Of a DNA stretch of 64,000 nucleotides, positions 26,677-40,960 are shown piece after piece (within the stretch, counting starts at the first letter, position 1; each line of letters opens with the position of its first letter). The stretch covers positions 122,202,001 through 122,266,000 of the forward strand of contig NC_042997.1 of assembly GCF_006345805.1 (NCBI RefSeq), given 5' to 3'. Origin of the DNA: Octopus sinensis. Taxonomy: Eukaryota. A model generated the notes under the pieces. The model was given only the letters and a program-made list of their open reading frames with translations. It was not told where the DNA came from and ran no database searches. Position numbers and translations under genes: made by a program.

Positions 26677-27736
26677 GTGTATGCATATGTGTGTATGCTT
26701 TTTCTAACTTAATTGAGAACCTCTCCTTGGCCTGTTTGCCGATGAATATACTGACATCCGTATGCAGCTTACTATGATTTTGCCTTCGGAATTATGGGTT
26801 CATTTGCCAGTCGCTTTCCAATTTAAATTATGATTTAGACCCCTATTTGCTTTTATAAACTTGCTAAAATAAACGTGTCATATAATTGTGTACTTCTCCA
26901 TTCCACTTTTGCATGCTATTTTGATCTGGTTTCATCTGAGAACTCAATTAATGAAAATGGAAATACCTGAAATTCTCAGAGTAGATTGAAACACTTTTCC
27001 GTATACGGAAGCATCTAGATTGACATTGCCTTTTGACGTTCAGTTAACTTGAAAGTTTTCCTGCGATCCATTTCATCATGGGCATAGCAAATATTTAGAG
27101 AATATAACACAAATATTTAATTAGGATCTCAAAATGCTGGAAATGTTACTAGGTATTCTACGAAAAGCAACGAGAACATTGCATTGGCTAAAATGTCCAC
27201 TGCTGTTGATGTTTTCTTATGTCCCCATAGTGCATAGAAGAAGCGATGAAAAACATGAGAATGTAATTAAGAATATGAAATTTGATAAATAGAAAGACGA
27301 AAAGTTACAAAGAGTAAAACCGAGAAATTTTCATGCAGGCAATACCATAATTTTTAGAACAAAATAATAAATTGCAAGTGTAGGTACTCAGAGTAAACAA
27401 AAATAAATGGGTGTGTTTGTGGAGTTGTTTGCTAACTCCACCTACATCGTTTTATCGATTATGAGGAAACTTGACACATGAGTAGAACTCAGGTCTGGAA
27501 ACCTTATGATATACTCAGATTGTTGGAAAAAAATCGACAATAGGTCCCCTGGAATGGCTCCCTTTATATATCTAATATATTTTATTTAAAAATCATTTTT
27601 TGATAAAGGATCATTCAAAATTGTGACTGTCCCCTTTCTCTCTCTGTATATATATATTATATATATATATATATATATAATATATATATATATATATAAT
27701 ATATATATATATATAATATATCTATCTATCTATCTA

Positions 27737-27771
<35 letters not shown>

Positions 27772-27961
27772 TAATAATAAATATTAGGGAATAAATCCAA
27801 ACTTACAGGGAAAAATTTAGGATTGAATCCAATTTTATAGTAAAATATTATATTATATTAAATTAGAGACAAAACCACTATTATGCAAATCAAACAAAGA
27901 AAGACTTAATCCAATACATAAATTAATTTATATTATTTAGAAACTTAACAATTGTTAATAT

Positions 27962-28025
27962 CCACTACGATCGTTTCATGTCTTCCTTTCATCACATCTT
28001 TGAGTAGTAGACATTCTTCAGGTGG
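27962..28025 (-). ncRNA. Type I hammerhead ribozyme (left arm)
   Basis: Minus strand: CCAC-CTGAAGA-ATGTCT...AGACAT-GAAA-CGATCG-TA-GTGG. Confidence 0.75.
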
Positions 28026-28083
28026 TTTCAAATATTCTTGGCGAGTTTAAGTTCATAGTTAAACTCACCAAGAATATTTGAAA

Positions 28084-28147
28084 CCACCTGAAGAATGTCT
28101 ACTACTCAAAGATGTGATGAAAAGAAGACATGAAACGATCGTAGTGA
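28084..28147 (+). ncRNA. Type I hammerhead ribozyme (right arm)
   Basis: CCAC-CTGAAGA(28088)-ATGTCT...AGACAT-GAAA(28132)-CGATCG-TA-GTGA; stem I one pair shorter than in the left arm. Confidence 0.7.
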
Positions 28148-28253
28148 TATTAATAATTGTTAAATTCTAAATAATATAAATTAATTTATGTATTGGATTA
28201 AGTCTTTCTTTGTTTGATTTGCATAATAGTGGTTTTGTCTCTAATTTAATATA

Positions 28254-28290
<37 letters not shown>

Positions 28291-29690
28291 GTGTGTGTAT
28301 GTATGTGTGTGTGTGTGTATTATTTATATGGTTCTTCACTGATTATTTGTCACGATTCTTTACCGAACTCCAAATTAATTTGTTGAGGATACCACAATAA
28401 TACATATTTCCGGTATCTTTGCAAACTAGTGTTTGTTAGTGTATATGTGTTTGTACAAACTAGCATATTATCATATACTGATTCATACGATAAAATATTT
28501 ACACTTACACACACGCGAAATATAAAGATACACATGCAAGCCCACTAATAATCCTGATAATTCTATCCATCCAGACAGAAAACACAGACACACATATTAA
28601 CACACGCCCACACACATACTTATATAAATATGGTTGTGTATGCATGCGTGTGTATACGTGTGTGTAAGTGTTACATTTGGCATTTAATTACTAATTAATT
28701 TGAGAAAGTCATCATTAATGAATGAAGAAATGTTTAAACTCTTGTAGAAGTAGGTCTCTAGCATTCGGTGAGAGACACACACGAGTTCATTTTTATCTTT
28801 AAAATTATCCTGCTAATTATCATGAACATTTCTCCATTCTTCTTTATCAGTTCCCAACATTTAAAATTTCAAGATGTCGTACATAGTGAGCTATACACAG
28901 AGAGAACCTAGTAAAATGAGAAAATGTGATGTTCTTGATATTGTTAGCAATAAATTAGCATCACCTGATAAAAGAGCATTTCCTTGGCAACAATAAATCT
29001 AATGATTGGTAATATGAGTGTATTGTGTTACTGATGTCTACATCTACCTACACAATTAACTTAAATGATTTTTTTATAGGCACAAATAGCTAGAATGCTT
29101 ATAGGTAAAGCGGGAGATACTATTTGGACATTTCTCTTGTCAGAGTGGTAGGAAAATCAGTTTATGCAATACATTTAACTGAAAATGCTAGCGGAATTCT
29201 GGTTTAAGCACCCTATATAACCCATTATAACTTTGCTATCTTTTGGAATTTGAAGAAGGTTGATTCGAATTTATGTTCTACTCACAGAAGTTAATATGAT
29301 TATGCAAAACCCAACGAAACAGAATTTGTGTGTGATTTAAGGGCTATTTAAATGACCACCTGATAGCCTCCTCGTTTGTTTGTCACTAAGGCGTATTGAT
29401 ATTATTCAATATCTTTTACACCATAAATACATTTAATGATCTATTATTGGGATTTACAGAAAATATTCGTACGATCTGCATTTTAAACTTTGTCTTTCTT
29501 TTTAAATAAAAAAAAGACGATCAAAAAAAATTCGAAAAACAAATTTCTTTTCATAATCGTATGAATTCCCTTTTGTATAACACAAACATGCAAAAATATT
29601 CTGAATCAACCGTACCCCACCATAGCCCCTACAATCCACACGAAAAAGTTATGGGGTTTATATAGGGTGATTAAAGCAGAATTCTGATAA

Positions 29691-30188
<498 letters not shown>

Positions 30189-30312
30189 GATAATAATAAA
30201 AACAACATCAGCAACAATAATCCTTTCTACTAGAGGCGGAAGGCCTGAAATTTGGGAGAAGGGGATAATCGATTATATCGACCCCCAGTACTCGACCCAG
30301 CGAGGATGACCG

Positions 30313-30544
30313 ACTCTCTTACTCTTTTTAGTCTTTTACATGTTTCAGACATTTGAATGTGGCAATGCTAGAGCACCGCATTTAGTCGACCAAATCGAAC
30401 CCGGGACTTATTCTTTGTAAGCCTAGTACTTATCCAATCCTTTCTTTCGCCGAACCTCTAAGTTACAGAGACGTAAATACACCAGCATCGGTTGTCAAGT
30501 GATGTTGCGGGGACAAACACAGAACAAAAAACATATACACACAT

Positions 30545-30611
<67 letters not shown>

Positions 30612-30768
30612 AACGACGGGCTTCTTTCAGTTTCCTTCTACCAAATTCACTCACAAGGTTTTGGTCAGCCCAAGGCCATCGTAGAATACACTTGCCCTAG
30701 GTGCCACGCAGTGGGACTGAACCGGAAACCATGTGGTGCGTTAGCAAGCTACTTAAATCACAGCCACT
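30313..30768 (-). mobile_element. SINE family A, full length
   Basis: Reverse complement of consensus with internal (CA)n(TA)n. Confidence 0.85.
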
Positions 30769-30871
30769 AGTCTGACTAAGTTAACATCGGCAGAATTTCA
30801 TCTCACAACATAAATATGGATAAAATGCGCGTGAACATAGCCCACTTTTTAACGATTATATGAGCTGAGCA

Positions 30872-30889
30872 TACTACTACTACTACTCA

Positions 30890-30942
<53 letters not shown>

Positions 30943-30966
30943 ATAATAATAATAATAATAATAATA
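30872..30966. repeat. (TAC)n followed by (TAA)n microsatellite
   Basis: Directly visible. Confidence 0.95.
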
Positions 30967-31149
30967 GACAAAACCTGAATTTTGTTTTAATTATCGGCCA
31001 CCAAATGATGAATAGCAACGGTGACCCTCGTGGAATTTGAACTCAGGATTAAATGACGCTAAATATTTGGCCCAGCATGCTAACAACTCTTGCAGCTCGC
31101 TAACAACGACAACATCAACAACGGTAATATATATATTTTTGTATTTTCT

Positions 31150-31295
31150 CTCCTTGTTTCTTTCTGTATTCCTTTCTGTAGAAGAGCGTAGGCTCGAAAC
31201 GTTCAAGACTTTTTCGCTTCCCGAGCGTTATACTAAAACGTCTGTTTGTTGTCTACACCATATGTCTTCATCTTCTGTTTTTTTTCTGAATTCTC
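31150..31295 (+). mobile_element. Penelope-like pLTR remnant, degenerate hammerhead
   Basis: CTGTAGA-AGAGC-GTAG-GCTC-GAAA-CGTT at 31176-31204; core mutated, related to the 19387 motif. Confidence 0.45.
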
Positions 31296-31552
31296 TCTAT
31301 ATATGTATAAAATATGTATGATGTATATGTATATGTGTAAAGATAGAAAGGGAGGGAGGGAGAGAGAGAGAAAGAGAGAGACTGTGACATAAACCTTAAT
31401 TTATCAATTCATAGGTGTTTGAATAAAAAAATAACATAGAAAAAAGTGTACACGGTAATAATATTATCTGACAAAGAAGTGATAAATTCTAAGAATTGTT
31501 CGTAATGGGAAAATGTTAATTTAGTCAAAGAACAGTAAGTCAATTCATTTTT

Positions 31553-31624
<72 letters not shown>

Positions 31625-32814
31625 TGTATGTATGTATGTATGTATGTATGTATTTATGTTTGAAGAAGAAAATAGGAAGCAAGTTAATTTTGTTACGTAA
31701 ATACATTTATCAATCACGTATTGTCTTTTAAACATCGTTGAAAATTATTTACTTCTATTGCCTCTTCTCTTTGCATCTCAAGAAGAATGGTTGTGCTTTA
31801 GATATGGAGGAAGAAAAAACAAAGGAAAAAAATAGAAAAGAAGTATATTCTTTTCCAGCAGAACGCTATCACATTAATATGTCGATGAGTGCTCCTAAAG
31901 AAAACAATGTTTTTTTTTTTTTTACGTTGGCTAACGACTAAGATACACATAGCAAAACACGTAATGTGAGTTATGCAATTTATGATTTTCTTAGTGCACA
32001 AGGCATAGAAATGACTGTGAGAAGTTTTTTGAATCGTGTATGGAAATATGGTTTGCTTGAGCTTGATTGCAAATGTTATGGAAATCAATATAATAAATAC
32101 ATTAGCAGTATATACAAGTACATTCAGTTTCACGCACTGAAAATTACAACATAACAGGATTTTCTTCTCATGGTTGATGTATGCTGTCATAAGGTACGAT
32201 TCTCCATTACTTCAGTGGCACCAAGAACAAATTAACACGACCAGCATATTACTTACATGATAACTGGATACTGCAATATTAGCATCTCTAATGTATAGTG
32301 CGCAGCAGTAGAAGATAGTGTAACATCTATCACTTATAGTTCTCTCCATTTCTTTTCAGACATGAGTTGTTCGTATGCTTCGGTACAGTTACGGTTCATA
32401 CATAGATACACGGACATGCTCAAGTTTAAATGAGGATGATAGTAACTGAAAAATTCATTTGTTACTCAATATCAATTTGTCTACTTTCATTCAAACATTC
32501 GGAAGGTCTAAATTTTGGAGTACGATGTATACATAAATTTGGATTAAAAATTATAGAGTAATGGACGCGTAAACATAAATATGGTAACTTAGAGAAAATC
32601 GGTACAGTATTTATTGCTTTATAGAAAATAATTACGGTTTCGTGTATGTTTTGTAAAACATTGAGAACTATACCCTTTTTTGTAAAACTTGGGTCATATT
32701 TCTTGAACTAGTCCATTCTGTGGTGTAATGCCTTGCCTCATGCCTCAAAAGATAGAGTGGAAACCTCAACTTGAACCCGAACTTTCATAGCATATATATA
32801 TATATATATATATA

Positions 32815-32983
32815 CCAAGGGCTTCTTTCATTTTCCTTCTACCAAATCCATTTACAAGAGTGTGGTCGGTCCGAGACTATAGTAGAAGACACTTCTCCTT
32901 TCCCCAAAGTTCCACGCAATGGGACTGAACTCGGAACCATGCGTCTGGGAAGCAAGTTGCTTACCACACAGCCACTTCTGCGC
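32815..32983 (-). mobile_element. SINE family A head half
   Basis: GGCTTCTTTCA...TTACCACACAGCCACT. Confidence 0.8.
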
Positions 32984-33515
32984 GCGCACACACGCACACA
33001 CAAACACATATATATATATCTAAATACAGTACGATTCTTTTACTCTTTCCTTTAGTCCCCCTCATACTTTTTCTTTCTTGGCTCGACCGCCGGCCGCGAA
33101 GCATCTCTTATATTTCTATCTCATGACTTTCATCTCTTATGTTCCTGCCTCAAGGCTTTCATTCTACACAGGCCAGCTCAGCTTGATTCATCTCTATTAG
33201 TCGAAAGACACCTGTTGCTATTTCCGTGTTGCTTGTATTTGTAATTGTTCCTTTTCGTTTTTCTTTTTGTCCTTTTTGTCGTGCACATTCTAATCTTTTC
33301 TCCCAAAATATTTAATGTGTTTAGCTGCGATTTTTGGGACAAGGTACATTTGAACTGTCTGGAGTGTAACTGGCCGAAACTGTAAGGATAATCTGGAAAC
33401 CTGACTTTGGGGAAAATGCCACGAATGACTCGGCCTTGTTTTCTCCTGTTCGTCTATGTATATTATATCTCTCCGGATATCATATTACCATTAGTTGCCT
33501 TACTGCTCTATCTTT

Positions 33516-33581
<66 letters not shown>

Positions 33582-34479
33582 GATGAATAGAATGAATAAT
33601 ATGGATGTTGCTACACAGAAACAAAAATACATTTTTTATTAACGCATTGAGTCATACAACTTAACATGCACTAACATGTTCGATTACATAAGCTAAGGCA
33701 ATAAAGTATTCATATAACATTGTCACTTCGTTAGGTAACACTCCGTTGGAGGTTTATTAGGGGTTATGCACCAAATGGTAGCATATGAAAATCTCAATTA
33801 AAGTATGAATATATGATTTGATTCATTTCGGGATGGGATATTGATAGATGTATCGAGAGATATTCATTGTTGTTAGAATTTTAGGAAAAGAAAATATACA
33901 GTGTGTATTTTACGGGAATTCGTTGATATGTAGAACGTAGATATCGAGCAGAGACGAACCAGATGCATCAGTGTTCCCTAGTCCCTGATAAACTAGAAAA
34001 CAATTATGTATTAAATCTCAATTAAATCTCATAGACAGTAAATTACAGCTTTCAATCAAAAACTCAACAAAACAGTTAAATCGATGATGTTTCAAAAAAT
34101 AATTTGATATAAGAATAGAATAACAATAACAATGTGTGTGTGTGTGTTTGTGTGTGTCTGTTTCTTTTACTCTGTAATCGTAGAAACACAGCTATCGACT
34201 TCCAATTCGATATATATTTGTACAATAACCTTTGGTCACAAGGCAAAAAAAGTAGCTTTTAATCAGGTAGGCTATCAGACATCAGATAACCGATAGATGA
34301 TTTAAAATGTACTGTCTTATACACTACGTACTAAAGCACAAATGTAGATATATTTGTATACTATAATACATACACAATATAGTAAAATGTATGTTAGTAT
34401 GAGTATATCGTATATCTAAGACTGTGTCTGTAAGTATAGATACGCAAACACACAGTCTCTCTCCCTCTTTGTCTCTCAC

Positions 34480-34540
<61 letters not shown>

Positions 34541-35567
34541 ATATATATATATATATATTTATTTATTGAAAGATCGGTTGGTAGACAGATGGATAGACAG
34601 ATGCAAAACACGTGTGTGTGTGTTTATGTGCGTGTATATGTGTGTGCGCGCGGGTACATGTATGCGTTTTATATGATGGTATATTTACTGTAAAGTGAAT
34701 TGCTGATTCCACTATATTCATTCCTATGCCATGTATACATATATATTTAGATGTGTGTGTATGTATATATATACTTGTATGGATGTGCATGAGTCAGTGT
34801 GTATATAATTGTATAGCTCTGTAAAGTAACAAGCAAATATATACACACAGACAGCAAGTAACGATGCGAATTCAGAATAACATTCGAACGTTATTGAAAA
34901 ATCAGAAAAAACAGAAGATAATGGAATTCTGTTGCAGAAAAAACAATAGAAAATATATCATAAATAATATAACGAGTACAATAATGTCCAATAATATTAA
35001 ATGATTAATCACAGAGTACAGAGCAAATTGCTGTTTTGTTTTGCAGGGTCGGAGTTCATATAAATAAGTTTAGTCTTCCTATAGAATCAGATCATACTTA
35101 TGTTTTTATGAGTAGAAATTTTGATGAAAATGCTGATATAATTGTGTTACAATAGTTTAGCAAAAGAATTCATCAGTGAATGTGTGTACTGACTAACAAT
35201 TAGAGCCTGGTATTATTGCAATGCAACACTTTTAAATAAATACGATAGCAAACATAATTACACACACACACACACACACACAAACAAGCAAATATGAGTT
35301 TATTTCAGGATAGTAATATGTTTGATAGAATTCTTGGTGCTAACATTTATATAGATACACGTATAGATACGAATAAATGCACAAGCATTCACATTGACTT
35401 ATGTATACGATCATAGAAACATACATACTCAAAGCAAATTTATACATATATACATACATTACATATATATACATATATATATGTGTGTGTGTATGTACAT
35501 ATATATGCATGATATGTATGTTATGCATGTTTGTATTTATGTATGTATATATGCATATATGTATGAC

Positions 35568-35615
<48 letters not shown>

Positions 35616-35704
35616 GTATGTAGGTAGGTAGGTAGGTAGGTAGGTGTGTAGGTTGGTATTGTATTATGTCGGTTATTGCAATCATCGGATTTTAAAAAAA
35701 TGGG

Positions 35705-36044
35705 ACGCTGCCTTGAAGAGTTTACCCGAAAATGTCGGCACCAATACAAATATTTAAAGTCTGGCACTTATTCTAACGGACTACTTTGCCGAACTGCTAT
35801 GTTATTCGACGGTAAACAAACCAGCAGCGTTTGTCAAACAATACTACGGCGCAAACACAAAAGTACACAGACACCCCCATATACGGGCTTTATTCAGTTT
35901 TCACCTTTCAAATCTACTCATACAAATCTGGGTGACTCGGGGCTTTTGGTAGAAAACAAAGTGCTACGAGGAGGAATGAAACCGGAACTATATGTTTGGG
36001 ATGTTGAGAAGTAAGCTTCATACCACACAGTCATGCCTGTGCCT
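35705..36044 (-). mobile_element. Old SINE family A copy
   Basis: Degenerate match ending TACCACACAGTCATGCCTGTGCCT. Confidence 0.6.
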
Positions 36045-36068
36045 TTATATATATGTATACATCACTCC

Positions 36069-36115
<47 letters not shown>

Positions 36116-36419
36116 TATATACATATATAAAACTAAAATTCTATATGCAGCTGAAGATTGGTCTACATTTTAAAACTGATGTAATACTTGCATTGTTTAA
36201 TTAAATGAAGTCGCATGAAGCGATCGTACTGCATTACCTTTGGATATCCTTGTTGCTTGTTTTGATTATAAGCACCCCGTTTTGAATTATATGGATTATA
36301 CCATACCAAATTCTGGTGCCTTTAACTTAAGTACCATATTCAACTGAATCTAAATTTTTACTGAACTATATATATATACGCACGCACACAAATCTTAGGT
36401 GAAGTAGTGGAGAATGTCA

Positions 36420-37580
36420 TACTTGGTAGTATCAAAAATTCCCGGACTAGTTCTGTTGTGCGTCAACAGATAACAGCACACGGTTGCGTGAGCAATGAGA
36501 GATAGCAGTGACCATCATGAACTAGTGTGAGGAGTGACATAGCTGTGTTTACTTTGCAAGATGTGAAATTTGTTTTTGTGTGATCACATATAATCTGTAG
36601 TTTGTAATTTTGTCATAGACCAGAAGAAAGCGCTAACGTAAAGATTTCCGTTAAACTTGGAATATTTCCTGAGGCACGGGTGCGTCAAAAAGGAAATATT
36701 GTCCCTTAAAGACGATGAGCGATCTGGACAAATCTACCACGAGCCTCAACTCCGGAATTGTGGAGAAAATTCATCAGCTTAGGCATTATGATTTTTGGAG
36801 AACAATCAACGACATTGCTGATGTTTATCGCCTGTCGTATGGGCGATGCAGGTGATGCTAACATCTGAATTGAATATGCAGCGTAACATGCGACGTTTGG
36901 CCCCGCCTGCTGACTTCTGATCAGAAAGAACATAGTGCCGAAGGCTTTCAAATCAGTCAAGATCTCCTTCATGTCGAGGGTCATCACTCTATGAGTACGG
37001 CCCTGAGAGGAAGCAATAGTTACTACAGCGGAAGAGCCTTTCATCTCTTCGACTTAAGGAGGCATGACAGATACGCAGCACAATCAAGAACATGCTCTTC
37101 ATTTTTCTCCGACATCCCTGATATCATACATCGAAAATTCGTCCCCCAGCGCCAGACAGTCAATGGAGAGTTCTACTGTGAGAGTTTGAAACGTTTGAGG
37201 GAGGACATTTGTCAAAAGTGAGTCGATCTGTGAAGCACGAAAAATTGAATGTACACTGTCACCGAGCTTTTCTCGCTCATGCGTCTCTCGTCAAAACCAA
37301 CATGGTGACGCTTCCGAACCCGCTCTATTCCCCAAATTACGCATTTGCAGACATCCATTTCTTCCCCAAGATGAAAAGACAGCTTAAAGATTGTCGATTT
37401 AACACCGTCATCGAGATCAAGAGTGAATCGCAGAAGGTTCTCGACTCGCTTACGGTAAACAACCTGCAGGCCGTATTCCAAGTGGCAGACATTTCAAAGT
37501 AGCTGGTGTTAAAATGTATGTGAAAACGCTAGTTTTTATTAAACATAACTAGGCTGGGAAACTGTTGATAGCACCTCGTA
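36420..37580 (+). mobile_element. Mariner transposon relic, near full length with degenerate TIRs
   Basis: Frameshifted peptides DDERSG, RTINDIADV, YEYGPERKQ, IIHRKFVPQRQTVNGEFYCESLKRLRE, LPNPLYSPNYAFADIHFFPKMKRQLKDCRF (YSPDLAP.D motif). TIRs TACTTGGTAGTATCAAAAATTCCCGGACTAGTT / AACTAGGCTGGGAAACTGTTGATAGCACCTCGTA. Confidence 0.9.
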
Positions 37581-38015
37581 TTTGAATACAAAATGTTGAG
37601 AAAAATATATTGCCTTATTCAAACTTAACATTTCCACAAACTTTTACCCGGTGTTTCACACAATCAATCATCGGAAAGAATACTTGCTGTGTAATAATTG
37701 CATCTGTGAATGGTTGAGTAATAATTTATGGCGTTTTATAGCTTCAATAACAGACACTTTCTCTGTCTGTCTGTCTGTCTGTCTCTCTCCCTCTCTCTAC
37801 CTATTATGTTGTATCTAGTAACATCAAGCCTCTATTTCTTTCCAAGGTGTTTGAAACAAGTTACATTTGTTCAGTGTATTCTGTAACACAATACAGAGAC
37901 TAGTAACTAAGTCTTTGAACAATTAAGATAGAGCATTTATTACCCGGTACTTGGTAAGCCCAAATACCATTTCAGGTTCTTCAATGATTTTTAAAGACCC
38001 CCCACACACACACTT

Positions 38016-38116
<101 letters not shown>

Positions 38117-39039
38117 TTACATGCGTGTGTGTCTATATATTGTGTATGGACAAAAACATCCAAGCCATTAATCGAAATCACTCGCAATTATAGAAATAAG
38201 AATAATTTGGTAATCAGAGAATGTACATGTATTTCATGGTTTTGTGGTAATCAGGTGTTTTCGCAACCAGGTGTTTGGATCCTACGCAGAAACATTTGGT
38301 GAGACATAGGAATAGCATAAGAATATGTACATATACTCATACGTATATACAAATACAATCATATGCAGGTATAGAGAAAAAGACAGAAATGTCATCACAT
38401 CATCTACTTATATGAAACAACTCCATGTCTGTTGTATCGTGTACGCCCGTGCTACACAAAGCCTTAATGAGAGACCGAGTTGAACAAACTTCGTTGAGTA
38501 GCGGTGTCGAGTCTAAGCAAAATTAAAACAGTTCGGCGGTCATCCTATTTACGTATCCCAATATGTTTGCATCAGTATTTAGGAGAATTTCACTTAGTTA
38601 TTTGAGTCTTGCATCAACAATGTAATAATGCTTACGAGCAACAACAACGTCAGTGTTCATTGATAACCTGTATTACATTCATTATACATCTTAAATAGCA
38701 TTGCGCAAGTTGTATGTTTCGAGGACTTTGCGTGTCATGACAATGAATATATTAGGATAGGAACACAAACACATGCTGCACACACATAGACGTTGAGTAA
38801 TTTTTCTAGGCATTATTTACAGGTCTTTTATACATTGGTCTTTTATACAATGGTGCAGGTCTTTTATACATTGGTAAGATTAGCAAAATAAATGCTCTAT
38901 TCACCGAGAAGTAAATATCAGGTTTAAATCTAAGCTACTGCAGTATTCATGCTGACGATAATACAACTGTCGAACGAGCTTCTATATAGGGTGCCATGAT
39001 ATAATGACCAACCATTCGGTCTTCTCAATATACATATAC

Positions 39040-39345
39040 AACGGACTCTCTTGTCGTTACACGACGTATGAGAGTTGAGTTCGACAATTTCTTACCGAAT
39101 AACTCCACAGATGATTTGTTTATAGGGATCAATTGTTTGTGTAGACATAAGCTCACTCTCTCTATCAGACCAACATTACCTGTACAGGCGCAACGGGCAC
39201 CACATATCAGGTGTTGAAATGATCGCAGATCAACGTGAAATGAAGTGTTTTACTCAGAAACACAATGCAACTGCCGGTGTGGGAACCAAACACACTATCT
39301 TGAAATTGTGTGTGCAACAGCTTAACCATTAAGCCATGCACCTTC
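39040..39345 (-). mobile_element. Old tRNA-derived SINE (family D-like)
   Basis: Minus-strand head GAAGGTGCATGGCTTAATGGTTAAG; central block shared with 49925-50243 (CAACGTGAAAT.AAGTGTTTT.CTCA). Confidence 0.6.
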
Positions 39346-39829
39346 TCATACAAACACATTTCTCTTTTCTCCCCATCTGTGATTTTATTTTTGATCTATA
39401 TAAATGAAGATATTTCCTCCGACTGGCTGTTTTTCTTTTTACAGAGCGAGAAGTTAACTTGTGGAACTGTATTTTAAAGAGCTATACTTATTTATCACCC
39501 GACGAGATATATCTATACCGCCGAATGTTCTCGAACAAATTATTGAGTGTGCCACTCATGAGGGATCGATTATAATGTATCGAAACAATTGTCATGATTA
39601 ATAAATTCTCGTACATTCCATCTTCCGCCATTTATTTGCCATATACATAACGATCAATGTGAAAATGACTGTGCTTTACCAGTAAGTTACCTGGTGTAAA
39701 CCATTCGTTTTAATACACAATATATATATATATATAATATATATATATATATATAATATTGTTGTTGTTGGCATCCTTTTTGTCTCGGGAGGGCAATGGA
39801 GTTGCGCATAAACAATCTAGTCTGGTTTT

Positions 39830-39874
<45 letters not shown>

Positions 39875-40657
39875 GGAGGGAGAGACATAGAGGACTTTCT
39901 ACATAGATTGATTGGCAGATGGATGTGCGTGTACGCTTTTGTTAGTTTGCGCGCGTGTGAGGGATAAAGATACACAGAGAGTGACAGAGAGAGGGAGAAA
40001 AATCGAGGGAAAGTAAGTTGTGTGTATTTTTTTCTCTTTAGAAACAAGAAAAATATCTGTCATGAGATTGAAAATATAATGCACCTGCAAAGCGTGGTTA
40101 GAATTTTGCTGACAGTCAGCGTATCGCCAAATAACCTAGTTAATTTACAGAACATAAACAAGACGTCAAATTCACACAAAAGTCGTGTGTAAAGTAAGTA
40201 AATACTTATATCTGAAACACCAAACTCTCAAGATGGAAATAATATGTATTTAATGAATTACTCAGCAAATATTTAAAATGCATTACAAACATTTCTTCAA
40301 GTGTAAACATAACGTCTGTTGTGGAGAAAACAATGCATTTATATTGTGCTTATTGCGGTCAATGCATTTATATGTCTTAAACATATGATCACAAGAAGAA
40401 TGCGAACAGAGTGTTTGAAAAATCCACCTTAACAATCAACAGATGCAGGTGTCAGAATATACGGACGTCTATCGACTTCTGTCAACATCAATAAGATTGC
40501 TGGAGTGAAAATTGAAATACTTTTAGGCAGAAGAAAAGCAATCGATCTATGATTGTTCTGTCAAAGCAAACAGTGTGAAATGAAGATTAAGTTTACAAAA
40601 AGAAAAGATAGATAAAATATAACAAAAACGAATACCAAATAGATACCGGACACTTGG

Positions 40658-40729
<72 letters not shown>

Positions 40730-40960
40730 ATGAAGCGTACGCACATTCATCCATCTTTCTAATGATCTTCTATGTAGCTTTAGTCTATCTATCAATCTAT
40801 CTATCTATCTATCTATCTCCCTATAAATATTTATAAGTCATTTGGATAGATATGCATACGTATAACATATACAATACATGCGTTACTGCTCTAATGTTTT
40901 AGAGTGTACTTCTGTTTTTGAATATCTGAACTGATGCACGCGCACACACACACACACACA

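Larger units (their letters stand above)
23471..27390. repeat. Large inverted duplication: A 23471-23663 / A' 27198-27390 and B 24832-25213 / B' 26820-27196
   Basis: By-eye reverse-complement alignment, B about 94% and A about 87% identical. A' and B' are contiguous, while 1168 bp separate A and B. Confidence 0.85.
27780..28262. mobile_element. Penelope-like pLTR fold-back, about 206-bp arms (27845-28050 / 28059-28262), 8-nt loop
   Basis: Near-perfect inverted repeat with few mismatches, flanked by (TA)n; each arm holds a hammerhead. Confidence 0.85.
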
